A stretch of DNA of 64,000 nt from Podarcis muralis (taxonomy: Eukaryota). The notes beneath the pieces are model-generated. The model was not told where the DNA came from and searched no databases. It saw nothing but the letters and a program-made list of their open reading frames with translations. This document shows positions 30,420 through 40,392 of this stretch, one piece after another; the stretch's first letter is position 1, and each line of letters begins with the position of its first letter. The DNA lies in contig NC_135664.1 of the NCBI RefSeq assembly GCF_964188315.1, forward strand, positions 52,204,001 through 52,268,000, read 5' to 3'. The position numbers were made by a program, and so were the translations under genes.

Positions 30420-30655
30420 GTTTTCCAAACCCCTGACCACCCTCATTTGAACTTGTTCAAAAAGTAAGACACCCAGAGCAAGACACGGTACTCCAGGTGA
30501 CATTAGACTAGTGCAGAATAAAGCAGAGCCATTGCCTATTGCAACTTGGAAACCACAGTTCTACTAATACAGCCAAAAATTGCATTAGTCTTTCTTACAC
30601 ATCACAGTGCTGACTCATGTTCAGCTTGCAATAGACTACAATCCCAAGACATGGG
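30420..30655 (-). mobile_element. Old CR1 ORF2 fragment
   Basis: Reverse complement resembles CR1 ORF2 (AAGCTGAACATGAGTCAGCACTGTGATG...). Confidence 0.5.
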
Positions 30656-32943
30656 ATTGATCTCATGACACTGAGCTACACATTCTTCGTGACATACTCC
30701 CCTTCCATGTCTTAGGCATGTCCTTTTTATTTTCAGCTGATTACTAAGCTTTTTTTGTGTAGCTACACTGACTTTTTATAGGTCTTCTATTTCTTTCTCT
30801 CATTTGTGATTGTTCTTTAGTAATATCTAGTCATGGAATCCTACCTAGCATTTCTCTGAGCTTACTCAAATCAGCTTTCCTAAAATCCAAGTTACATTTT
30901 AAACTATATTCACCTTTGGATTTCTATAAAATAACGGATTCCAGCATTACATAGTCAATTATACAAGAATTCACACATGAGTCAAATATACTGTTCAGAA
31001 GCTATAATTTAAGACAATCAAAGGCATCATCCCACAAATGCAACACAGGAAGTTTTAAATGAAATGATTTAGAGAATAAATATTTTTAACCAGCTTTATA
31101 AGATTACTTTCATCTTGCTTTCCTCATCAGCTTGCTTTCCTGACCCACCTGCAAGGTGATTTGAAAGGCACATGTTAAATGTCAAAGTTTTCCTGTTTTT
31201 TGTTTCATCTAATTACTTCAATATTCAAACCCGGAATGCTGTGTGAAAAACATTACTTTATAAATTTCTGTTGCATATGCTGGAATGAGCAGGTAGACAG
31301 AATGTCAAGATGGGAAATTTAGTTTTTCCTTCAAAAAAATGGGCATCGATATGCTATAGATCACTGTGACAAAAATGTATCAGTTCACGACGTTCTCCAA
31401 GTAATGGTTGTGTAATATATAAAGCATGATAATTCATTTCAAATTATGCACAGCATACTAATATGACGTGTACATGCAAGCGTGTGGAAGAACAATTTAC
31501 ATAAGGTTTAAATTTCAACAGCATGAAATCATTGCCACATGCAATTATTATGGTGTTTTTTAAATGAAGGTTGTGAAAACTAAGTGGAAAAGAGTGTCCA
31601 GTTTCTTCAAACTAAAGTGAAGAGAGTGAAAGCCACACACCACCCAACTAAATTATTTCAGCATGACTTAATTTTTCTGGCTAAAGAATAGTGTAGCTGC
31701 AAGAATAAAGCCTAACTGTATTTAAGAAGGAAGTACGTACTTAATGAGAAAGCAAAGAATAGGCAACCACAAATTTGGGGAAGATTTGGAATAAAGTGGC
31801 TATTTTAGAAGAAAAAAGCGAAACAGAACCCCAAAGACACAGGCAAAGAGAATGGAAAGTGTTATTACCATATTAACAAGGAAGCTGCTTGTCAGAAAGA
31901 GTGCAAAGCCTCAACTGAAAGGCGGGAAGGGGACTTCCCAGAAATCAAGCTGCAGCCCAACACTCAGAACACAGAGGTTTCTTACTGCCAGCTGACCTAC
32001 AGCATGTTACATTACAATAACCAATAGCTTTCCATATGGGACCTATCAATGGCTGCTTGCCAGAATGCCTATGTTCTGCCTACACTGGAAATCACAAGTG
32101 GGAAAGTGCTATTTCACTTCAGTCCCATTTGTGGGCTTCCCATAGGCATAAAGTATGAGAATACTTTGCTGGTCTAGGAAGGCTTTTGGTCTAATCCAGC
32201 AGGACTATTGTTATGTTCTATATTAGACCCAACATTGTTGAACCTGTGGTATGTACACAATCATTTGTTCAGTATTCATTTGAAATAATCTCCTTACCCC
32301 AAGCTTCCATATTGACAATCACTTACAAAAAGATAGATTCCCTGTTTTACCCACAGAGATGCAATAAAACTCAGGGGAAATCTATCAAACTCTTGTCAGT
32401 TGAAAAACAAAGCAGATAAATGTTGGTGATTGTATGTATCTCCGCCACACAACGAATCTCGAATACAGGTGTCTGCTAATGTGGAAGAGTTTATTATACA
32501 TTACTGCTCCAGAGTAAACCAGAACTACCACCACACTCCAGATTTATATTGACAACCATGATGCACAGAAAGAATTCCCTCTTACTTCAAACATGAGATT
32601 GCTTAATCACGTACGTTTGGAAACTTTTGAAGCACAGCGCAACTTGCAAGAAGGGTGGTTAAAGAGTTATAAAAAGGAGCTGAATTCTAGTCCCCTTTCC
32701 CAATGCATGTTTATTGGCAGGAGAAGGACTTTAATCTGCATTATAGAACCAGAGGGTAGCATTGTAATCCCCAACAAATGAATTCAGGGGGAGGAAAGCA
32801 TAATTGTTTATAGTAGAAAAAAGGCAACTATAAAATAATTACAAACATGTTAACTGTTACTCATACTGTATCAAACTCTCATCTGGACTGAGTTTCTAAT
32901 TTAGACCATTAAGTCAAGTGGGAGGTGGTAATGGAACATGGCC

Positions 32944-33724
32944 ACAATAATACTACAACCAGACTTAACACGGACACTGGCACCAGAGCCTGCAATAAAC
33001 CCAGATGCCAACTTTGCTGCCACATACACCCGGACAACACCATTACTGGCCCCAACAACATCACACACACCATCTCTGGACTATTTAATTGCTCATCGTC
33101 TAACATTGTGTATGCCATCAAATGCCAACAGTGTCCTTCAGCTCTCTATATTGGACAAACAGGCCAAACCTTACGCCAAAGAATAAACGGACATAAATCT
33201 GACATCAAGAATCACAAGACAGAGAAACCAGTAGGAGAACACTTCAATCTCCCAGGACATTCTATACAAGATCTCAAAGTAGCTGTTTTACTACAAAGGA
33301 ATTTCAGAAATAGACTGGAAAGAGAAGCTGCTGAATTGCAAATCATTACCAAACTTAAAACCATGGAGACACCTGGACTGAATAAAGACATTGGATTCTT
33401 ATCTCACTATACATGACAAAGCCATTTTTCACCTTCTCACCCCTTGCTTTTTCCTGTAAGACCTACTGCAGTCGTTAATAGTCGTCAACAGGCTCATCAC
33501 AGCTATCTGCCAATCACCCATTCCCACCCCCCTCTGAGTAATACCCCTCCCCACCTTCTCACTATATAGAAGGATCTGGCAACTTCTGTTTCAGTGTATC
33601 TGAAGAAGTGTGCATGCACACGAAAGCTCATACCAAGAACTAACTTAGTTGGTCTTTAAGGTGCTACTGCAAGGAATTTTTTTTGTTTTGACTATGGCAG
33701 ACCAACACGGCTACCCATCTGTAA
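32944..33724 (+). mobile_element. 5'-truncated Penelope-like retroelement (GIY-YIG endonuclease plus pLTR)
   Basis: Uninterrupted frame with CNKPRCQLC, NIVYAIKCQQC..YIGQT, RINGH, EHFN, E-x-E motif and GLNKD, stop at 33416; flanked by direct repeat AACATGGCC (32935-32943, 33723-33731). Confidence 0.9.
33596..33633 (+). ncRNA. Minimal type I hammerhead ribozyme motif in PLE terminal repeat
   Basis: GTAT-CTGAAGA-A-GTGTG(CATG)CACAC-GAA-AGCT-C-ATAC: conserved core, 5-bp stem II, palindromic stem III, 4-bp stem I. Confidence 0.7.
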
Positions 33725-34451
33725 CATGGCCGAAATGGTAAAACTGACAGCATGCAAAGAAAAAAGAAAAGAAAGAAAAGGGGAGTGTCATCTTTGTTAA
33801 TTACTGGAACCAGACTTTTAACAAGAAACAAGTTTTTAACAGTACAATCCCACGCATGCTTGCTCAGAAGTTAAGATCCAGAAGACCTTTGCCTTTTCGG
33901 GATAGAGACTCCTTCCTCTCAACCTGGCAGGAATTCGTGTGCTATTGATTTTTGGCCTCTGGGAAGAAAGGACGTGATTTTTGTACAGGTATTGATGATG
34001 ACACCCTTGTACCCTTCAGCCACCTTGACCGCGAGCAAATGGGTGGCTGAAGAGCGTGGCTGCCAAAGGTGCCAGCTTCCCAAAGGGGGAGCCTGACTCT
34101 GGTCATCTCTCCACCCCACCCCCCAAAACCACCCCACACACCCCAAAAAAGATGCACAAGGTTGCTGACAGGCAGGCAGGCAGGCAGGCTCTGGACGGGG
34201 CATGGCAGGCAAAAGGCCTCCCTCAGGGGTCAGTCGGGGCGGGGCAGAGAGGGAAGGGAGCTGCGGGGAGGGGGGGGGCTTTTCATGGGGGAGGCAGTTT
34301 TGACTGCGGGAGGGTGAGGGGGGAGCGGGATGTCCTCATGAGCAGAAGGACTCAAACCCCCCCCCGCCCTCCAAAATGGGGGGGGGCGGCCAACCCCGCA
34401 GTTGGGTCCCCTCAGAGAATGAGACACGCTTCCCGCCTCCCTCGCGCTTAC

Positions 34452-34512
34452 TCTGAGAACCGTCGTCGAGGCGGTCGAACTCCCAGTCCGGCGAGAGGGT
34501 CTCCAGCGCCAT
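34452..34512 (-). CDS. WASHC4: WASHC4 exon 1 (61 nt, start codon)
   Basis: MALETLSPDWEFDRLDDGSQ; donor A|GTAAGC; within CpG island. Confidence 0.95.
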
Positions 34513-34618
34513 GACGGACCCGCGCCCAGCGGCGGCGCCAGCAAGAGCAAGAGCAGCAGCAGACCTGCCCCTTCCCACCCGACTCCAAAGACACGGGACT
34601 TCCTGTCACGCCCGCGCG

Positions 34619-34637
34619 GCATGCTGGGAAATGGAGT
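34619..34637 (-). promoter_or_regulatory. ZNF143/Staf (SBS)-like site
   Basis: Minus strand ACTCCATTTCCCAGCATGC versus recalled consensus ACTACANNTCCCAGNATGC; ~110 bp upstream of the WASHC4 ATG. Confidence 0.6.
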
Positions 34638-35035
34638 CTCCGGAGCTCGGGGCGGGAGGGCCGATGGCCGCGGCGCTTGGGCGGTTAGAGGGGCGCCCAA
34701 ACAGCGGCCCCTGCCGGGTGAAGCGGGCCTGGCAACCGGGGAGGGAAGCTCGTGACAGGCAGCGTTTAAGGACACGCCCGCACTGAAAACTGAAAGCAAA
34801 TATATTCCGATTTGCAGGGCAATCTTAGGAATGTCTACTCAGAATCAAGCCCTTGCAATCCCGGACCCATTCAGCTGAGAGTTCAACCTAATAGTGCTTA
34901 CTTCTGAATAGGTTCTGGTTAGACAGGGACGACGCACTTGCTAGGCGAGTTAAGGCGACTGCCTCAGGTGGCAGGAACCATAGAGACAGCAGATTCTGCC
35001 TCCAGAGACCTGGACGCCTGCAATTGGTTCCTGGA

Positions 35036-35260
35036 GAGCCGGTTTGCTGTAGTGTTCACAGTGTTGGGCTAGGTCCTGACACACTAGGGTCCAAATCCCC
35101 ATTAAGCCATGAAGCTCCATGGGTCACCTGGGGTCAATCACTGCCTCTCAGCTTCACCTACCTCACAGGGTTGTTGTGGGGATTAAATAAGGAGAGGGAG
35201 AGCCATGTATGCCATCTTGAGCTGATTAGAGGAAAAGTGGGGGATATAAATGCAATAAAT
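35036..35260 (+). mobile_element. MIR/Ther1-derived (Squam3-like) SINE
   Basis: CTCAGCTTCACCTACCTCACAGGGTTGTTGTGGGGAT core; related copies at 36960-37190, 42040-42500, 49990-50300 and 62090-62470. Confidence 0.65.
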
Positions 35261-35799
35261 TAAGAATCTACTCTTCTCCCATTGATTTAAATAAAACCAA
35301 TACAATACTCTATGCATTATGCAGGACTGAAACACCTGCTCTGGTGTTTCATATAAGTAGCAGATCACCACAGATCAGTTTCCGACTGACATGGCATTTT
35401 GCTTCAGATCCAAAGCAGAGCCTCCTTTTGGTTTGTCTTTTGATACCTCAGATGCCTTTCCTGCCAGTTGTAATGTTTAACCTCATTCATGGGCAAAAAT
35501 GGATGAAATTGGCAAGCATCCCTTTCCTTGGGGATGAAACTTTCAGACGATTAGGTGCAGACTTGGACTAAAAGAAGCTCCCTCTGCCCCAACATAGGGT
35601 TGTCCAATGCAAACACCACTCCAGTCTGCTGAACAAGAATAAGTTGCCACTGCTCCCTTCTCTTCCCCGGTGGAGTCACAGATCTTGACGTGGAAGAGAA
35701 TAGAACTAAGGCTGGAGAGAGCACATCTCCTTACGGGAGCAAAAGTCCTTTAAGATTAAGTTACATTTTTTTCCTTAGTATGAATGAAAAGGCAGTTTC

Positions 35800-36001
35800 A
35801 TGTTTCCTGAACTTGATTGTGGACCCACAAGGTCTGGAGTTGTTATGGTTGCCTATGGCCAGCCCCATGAACTGCAGTGAATAACTCCAGTGTGGCAAGA
35901 GGATGGCAGGCACCCCAGGCAAGTCATGTCTGTTAAAGTAGTGCTTTAAATGTATCGTGTGGATGTGACCTTGTGGGTCCACAATCAAGTTCAGGAAACA
36001 T
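35800..36001. repeat. Perfect 35-bp inverted repeat (35800-35834 / 35967-36001)
   Basis: ATGTTTCCTGAACTTGATTGTGGACCCACAAGGTC and its exact reverse complement. Confidence 0.92.
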
Positions 36002-37559
36002 TTTCCTCAAACTTCCATGTGTTCAGGCAACAAGTGAGGCAGAATACCAGTACTTTGCACACTGTACTGAGTACTGCAGTCTTTTTAATTTTCCTCTTAG
36101 TGGCAGCAACTATATTAAGTTCTGTCTTAGTTACTGGCAGCCACATAACTGGATGCCAATCTGTCCATGAAGCCATAAGTGTCAATCCACAGCTTCACTT
36201 GATGCTTCTCATGTGAACTCGGACAACTTGAAAATAAACACCAACTGCCTGTTGGCTTTGACTCGCCAGAAGCAACATCATGTGGGTATTGATGTCTAAT
36301 ACATGCAGGATTCCTCCTGCTTCGTACGAGAACTGCTCTCATATTACTGTTTGCCAGTGCTGGTAAGAGACAAATCAGGACAAAGAAGAAATAAGAAAGT
36401 TCCGTACATTTCTACTCTCTCATGCATGCTCATTCCTTTAGTCGTTCATACTAAGGAAAAAATTTAACTTAAAGGACTTTCGCTCCCGTAAGGAGATGTG
36501 CTCTCTCCAGCCTTAGTTCTGGTCTCTTCCACTTTGAGATCTTTGACTCCACCGGAGAGAAGAAGGGAGCAGTGGCAACTTATTCTCGTTCAACGGAGGT
36601 GGGGTGGTGTTTGCACTGGACAACCCTATGTTGGGGCAGAGGGAGATTCTTTTAGTCCAAGTCTACACCTAATTGTCTGAAAGTTCCATCCCCCAGGAAA
36701 GGGATGCTTACCAGTTTCATCCATTTTTGCCAACGAATGAGGTTAAACATTACAACTGGCAGGAAAGGCACCTGAAGTATCAGAAGACAAACCAAAAGGA
36801 GGCTCTGCTTTGGATCTGAAGCAAAATGCTAGTTGGAAACTCTGATCTGTGGTGATCTCCTATGTATATGAAGCACCAGAGCAGGTGTTTCAGTCTGGCA
36901 TAATCCATAGAAAATTGTATTGGTTTGATTTAAATCAATGGGAGAAGAATAGATTATTTATTTATTGCATTTATATCCCCCGCTTTTCCTCTAATCAGCT
37001 CAAGATGGCGTACATGGCTCTCCCTCTCCTTATTTAATCCCCACAACAACCCTGTGAGGTAGGTCAAGTTGAGAGGCAGTGACTGACCCAAGGTGACCCA
37101 TGGAGCTTCATGGCTTAATGGGGATTTGGATCTAGTGTGTCAGGTCCTAGCCCAACACTGTAACCACTACACCAAACCGGCACTCCAGGAACCAATTGCA
37201 GGCATCCAGGTCTCTCTGTTTGGCCCTCAGAACTCCCCACAGGCCTACTCCACAGGTCACACCATTCACTCACCCTAATCTGCACCCTTGGGTGTTTTCG
37301 TCTGACTAGAATGTGTCTTCAGAGAGGGTGGTGATGCTTCTTCCTTACCTGGATGGACGATGGAGAGATGAATGTGTATGTGCAGAACCCCTTGTTTTTT
37401 GCATAACTGAAACATAGTCTTTGTACAAATACAAGAGTCACATCCCTTGCTCCACCCACTTATGTGTCTGGCAAAAGAATGTGGCTGACAAAAGGATTCC
37501 TACTCCAGTTTTAAGGCTACAGTTGAAACAGATCCAAAATTTACAGCATGTTGTACACT

Positions 37560-38280
37560 GAAAGAAAATTATGTGGAAATGTTGTACCAGTGGTATTTGA
37601 CTCCTACTAAGTTATCTAAAATGTATAGAACCAGTTCAAATACCTGCTGGAAATGTAAAGAAAATGATGGTACCTTTTACCATATGTGGTGGTCATGTAA
37701 CACAACAAAATCATTTTGGGAGATATTATATAACAAATTGAAAAAAATGTTTAAGGTAACATTTATTTTAGCAAACAGAAGTTTTTTTATTAGAAATTAT
37801 ATGTGCCGAGATGCCAAAAGACCAGAAATGACTTTTTATGTATGCGGCAACAGCTGCGCAGATGTTATTAGCTCAAAGGTGGAAAGAAGCAACGACCCCA
37901 ACTAGGAAGAATGGCAAACCAAATTGCTGGATTATGCCGAAATGGCTAAAACTAACTGGAAGACTCAGGAGTCAAGAAGATAAAGATTTTTCAAAAAGAA
38001 TGGAAAAAAATTATAACTTATTTAGGAGACTATTGTAAACAAATTAAAATGTTAGCTGGACTTTAAAAACCACTTGTAAAGTAATGAACATTATGGATAA
38101 TTAAGAAAAATGAAAATTATGGAAACTGCATTGATATGTAGATTTGGAAAAAATAGTTATTGGGATCCATGTAAGGGATGGGGAAGTCAAGAGATTCAGA
38201 GAATCTCACAAAAGGATTATATAATTTGCTGTAAAATTGTATTTGTAAAAATCAATTAATTTTTATTTTTTTTAAAAAGG
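37560..38280 (+). mobile_element. L1-clade LINE 3' fragment
   Basis: Frameshifted ORF2 C-terminus with Cys/His knuckle (QWYLTP..CWKC...TFYHMWWSC) followed by AT-rich 3'UTR. Confidence 0.8.
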
Positions 38281-38416
38281 CTACAATCCTATACCCGGTT
38301 TTTAAAAGTACATTATAGGATTCCATTGTAAAGTTCCAGTGCTATTTAAACATACCTGGGGCTCAGCTGCAAATGAAACACTTTAAGCATGTTGTAAAGT
38401 GCATTATACAAATGTG

Positions 38417-38430
38417 ACACTAGATGGCGA
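38417..38430 (+). promoter_or_regulatory. CTCF-like motif
   Basis: ACACTAGATGGCGA versus core CCACYAGRKGGCRS (12/14). Confidence 0.35.
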
Positions 38431-38877
38431 TGCTAAGCTATGGCAAATTCAATATACATTTTTTCAAAACCTTTTTAAAAAAAACACAACATTTTCACAA
38501 TTTTTTTTATATGTGTCTAGATTCCACCCTGGACTTAATCCTCATTGAACACAGCTGCATTTATTTCTGAGCAAACATGCATAGGATGAAGCAGCAGATC
38601 TGATTGATTTCAACGGGGCTTCACCCCTTAGATCATAAGGCCTCTGCTGGACCATTGCATTGCCCTGTTTTGCACTCGTTGGGCAGATGGTTCGTACTAA
38701 GTAACTCTTGAATTCTGCTGGTGTTGGTTACAATTTTAAAATCAATCCTTTTTCCAGTACTCTCACAAGGTGGCACTATATCCTCAGCTACCAGGATTCT
38801 GCCCTTCATTTCTACTACTTTTGTTTTCCTCTTAAAATGCTTTAGGTCAGGATCTGGGAACCTGTGGCCCTCTAGAA

Positions 38878-39013
38878 CAGGCATCCCCAAACTCAGCCCT
38901 CCAGCTGTTTTGGGACTACAACTCCCATCATCCCTAGCCAACAGGACCAGTGGTCAGGGATGATGGGAGTTGTAGTCCCAAAACAGCTGGAGGGCCGAGT
39001 TTGGGGGTGCCTA
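38878..39013. mobile_element. Palindromic hAT MITE
   Basis: ~58-bp near-perfect inverted arms; TSD CTCTAGA(A/G). Confidence 0.82.
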
Positions 39014-39199
39014 CTCTAGAGGTGGCTGGGCTGTAACTCCCATCATCCCTGACCATAGGTCATGCTGACTGGGGCCGTTGGGAGTTGGAGTTGAAGAGTC
39101 ACAGCTTCTCCGCTTCTGCCTGCATCTCATTGATGCTGGCCATGTGGCTTAATCTGCAGAGGAGAGTTCTCTGTTTAAAGGAGTCCTCTATCTGAAGGG

Positions 39200-39557
39200 G
39201 GGATGCGGGTGGCGCTGTGGGTTAAACCACAGGGCCTAGGACTTGCCAATCAGAAGGTCGGCGGTTCAAATCCCCGCGACGAGGTGAGCTCCCTTTGCTC
39301 GGTCCCAGCTCCTGCCAACCTAGCAGTTCGAAAGCACGTCAAACTGCAAGTAGATAAATAGGTACCGCTCCGGCAGGAAGGTAAACGGTGTTTCCATGTG
39401 CTGCTCTGGTTTACCAGAAGCGGCTTAGTCATGCTGGCCACATGACCTGGAAGCTGTACGCCGGCTCCCTCGGCCAATAAATCGAGATGAGTGCCACAAC
39501 CCCAGAGTCAGTCACGACTGGACCTAATGGTCAGGGGTCCCTTTACCTTTACCTTTA
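39200..39557 (+). mobile_element. Sauria SINE, type B
   Basis: TSD CTAT(C/T)TGAAGGG. Confidence 0.88.
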
Positions 39558-40039
39558 CTATTTGAAGGGAGAATAGGGTCCTTGAAACTGCTCATCAACA
39601 GTTACCGCCTGGAGTGAGCAGGTCCAGGTCACTTGGGCCACTACCATGCAATGCATTTCTATTTAATATCCAGTAATGATTTCTAAATATGTATCTATAA
39701 CTCAGCATATGCACATTTTATGCAAGCTTGTATATTCTTTTATCCTTTTTGGGAGATGCATTTCCTCCTTATTTCTGATGAACCTAGGTCAAATCAGCAC
39801 CATCCACTTAAAGCACACTTACAGCACCTTTTTAAAAAAAACAATCATGGCTTCTCCCAAATAATCCTAGGATCTGTAGTTTGCCAAGGGTGCTGAGAGT
39901 TCATAGGAGACTTGTCACTACAATTCCCAGTAACAAACAATAGTTTCCAGAATGTTTTGGGGAGGAAGCCATAGGGGAACATATGGCCCTCAGTCCCAGC
40001 CAGCATGGTCCGGAATAATGCAGATTTTAGTCCAACAAC

Positions 40040-40392
40040 GGGACGCGGGTGGCGCTGTGGGTAAAACCTCAGCGCCTAGGACTTGCCGATCGAAAGGTCG
40101 GCGGTTCGAATCCCCGCGGCGGGGTGCGCTCCCGTTGTTCGGTCCCAGCGCCTGCCAACCTAGCAGTTCGAAAGCACCACCAGGTGCAAGTAGATAAATA
40201 GGGACCGCTTACCGGCGGGAAGGTAAACGGCGTTCCGTGTGCTGCGCTGGCTCGCCAGATGCAGCTTGTCACGCTGGCCACGTGACCCGGAAGTGTCTGC
40301 AGACAGCGCTGGCCCCTGGCCTCTTGAGTGAGATGGGCGCACAACCCTAGAGTCTGTCAAGACTGGCCCGTACGGGCAGGGGTACCTTTACC
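40040..40392 (+). mobile_element. Sauria SINE, type A
   Basis: 12-bp TSD TAGTCCAACAAC; inserted into an older MITE-like repeat. Confidence 0.88.

Larger units (their letters stand above)
34270..34790 (-). promoter_or_regulatory. WASHC4 CpG-island promoter
   Basis: GC/CpG-dense segment spanning exon 1; ETS-like ACTTCCTG at 34599-34605 region, GC box near 34650; no obvious TATA. Confidence 0.8.
35004..37215. repeat. Long inverted duplication (arms ~35004-35790 and ~36440-37215)
   Basis: Arms are reverse complements over ~780 bp with scattered substitutions and small indels, including non-TE sequence. Confidence 0.9.

Noticed and set aside
34190-34400. G-run cluster (G-quadruplex potential)
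   Set aside because: Common at CpG-island first introns; nothing distinguishes it here.
34513-34578. Apparent N-terminal extension of WASHC4 (MGRGRSAAALALAG...) in the ORF track
   Set aside because: It begins at GTG, not ATG, in GC-rich leader sequence; the conserved start MALETLSPDW is at 34512.
34230-34799. Several long overlapping ORFs at the WASHC4 promoter and at 43068-44400
   Set aside because: Explained by stop-codon scarcity in GC-rich CpG islands and microsatellites.
39200-39275. tRNA-like A/B-box sequences
   Set aside because: They are SINE heads with no cloverleaf or acceptor stem; no genuine tRNA gene was found.
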